The notes under the pieces: generated by a model
Database searches by the model: none
What the model saw: only the letters and a program-made list of their open reading frames with translations
Told to the model about the DNA's origin: nothing
Assembly (NCBI GenBank): GCA_015056175.1
Contig: SVGT01000013.1
Coordinates: forward strand, 6,984 to 38,983
Direction of reading: 5' to 3'
Source of the DNA: Clostridiales bacterium
GTDB taxonomy: Bacteria > Bacillota > Clostridia > Christensenellales > Aristaeellaceae
DNA length: 32,000 bases
In this document: positions 31,936-32,000 of the stretch, piece by piece
How the letters are laid out: each line of letters begins with the position of its first letter
Position numbering within the stretch: position 1 is the first letter of the stretch
Translations under genes and position numbers: made by a program

Positions 31936-32000
31936 TTACTTTTCAAACTTGCACACGCCGCGGACGAAGGTCTTGATGACCTGGCAGTCTTCATCCATGA
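31936..32000 (-). CDS. 3' end of an unidentified CDS entering from the right edge
   Basis: The minus strand reads ...MDEDCQVIKTFVRGVCKFEK-TAA (stop at 31938-31936). Only 21 codons are visible, so no family call is possible. Confidence 0.3.
   Translation of the reverse strand, partial: MDEDCQVIKTFVRGVCKFEK

Overview
By eye this is a high-GC (roughly 60%) chromosomal segment. It looks like a spore-forming Clostridia-type Firmicute, judging by AGGAGG-type ribosome-binding sites (RBS), GerMN lipoproteins and classic rho-independent terminators; the taxonomy is inference only. I support about 30 CDS, mostly housekeeping or transport:
- a split ChrA pair
- a GDSL hydrolase
- an ABC-F ATPase
- a homocysteine S-methyltransferase
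- two GerMN lipoproteins
- a SPOR-like membrane protein
- a Q/P-rich membrane protein
- two tandem MATE paralogs
- a peptidoglycan-binding protein
- an ATP-grasp enzyme
- ychF
- a sugar-phosphate isomerase
- a RumA/RlmD-type rRNA methyltransferase
- deoC
- a ZIP metal transporter
- a DUF559 endonuclease-like gene
- a C39-like peptidase
- an M20 amidohydrolase
- a ROK kinase

I saw no rRNA, tRNA, CRISPR array, transposase or integrase.

The main observations are:
1. Two same-orientation copies (17313-17971 and 29821-30461) of an ORF-free, hairpin-dense element of about 650 nt. Identical blocks alternate with variable hairpins whose substitutions are compensatory. Copy A also carries an inverted copy of its own left-end module. 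I cannot assign the element to any RNA or IS family from memory, and it is the best candidate for something undescribed: either a large structured RNA or a structured non-autonomous mobile element.
2. An AT-rich island of about 2.3 kb (about 21380-23690) carrying a type II restriction-modification pair, an SPPY beta-class methyltransferase plus a NotI-family-like endonuclease. It is fused onto the 3' end of the rRNA methyltransferase gene, has no mobility gene, and contains a BspA-type LRR gene fragment.
3. A textbook four-segment attenuator with a 3-codon uORF in front of the ABC-F gene.
4. A PNPOx-like protein flanked on both ends by CGNx tetrapeptide repeats. Its Shine-Dalgarno sequence (SD) sits inside a long terminator-like hairpin, and it lies next to the ZIP transporter.
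5. A tandem MATE duplication that includes the promoter and carries an apparent gene-conversion tract.

Many long ORFs in the track are antisense shadow ORFs typical of high-GC DNA and were rejected.
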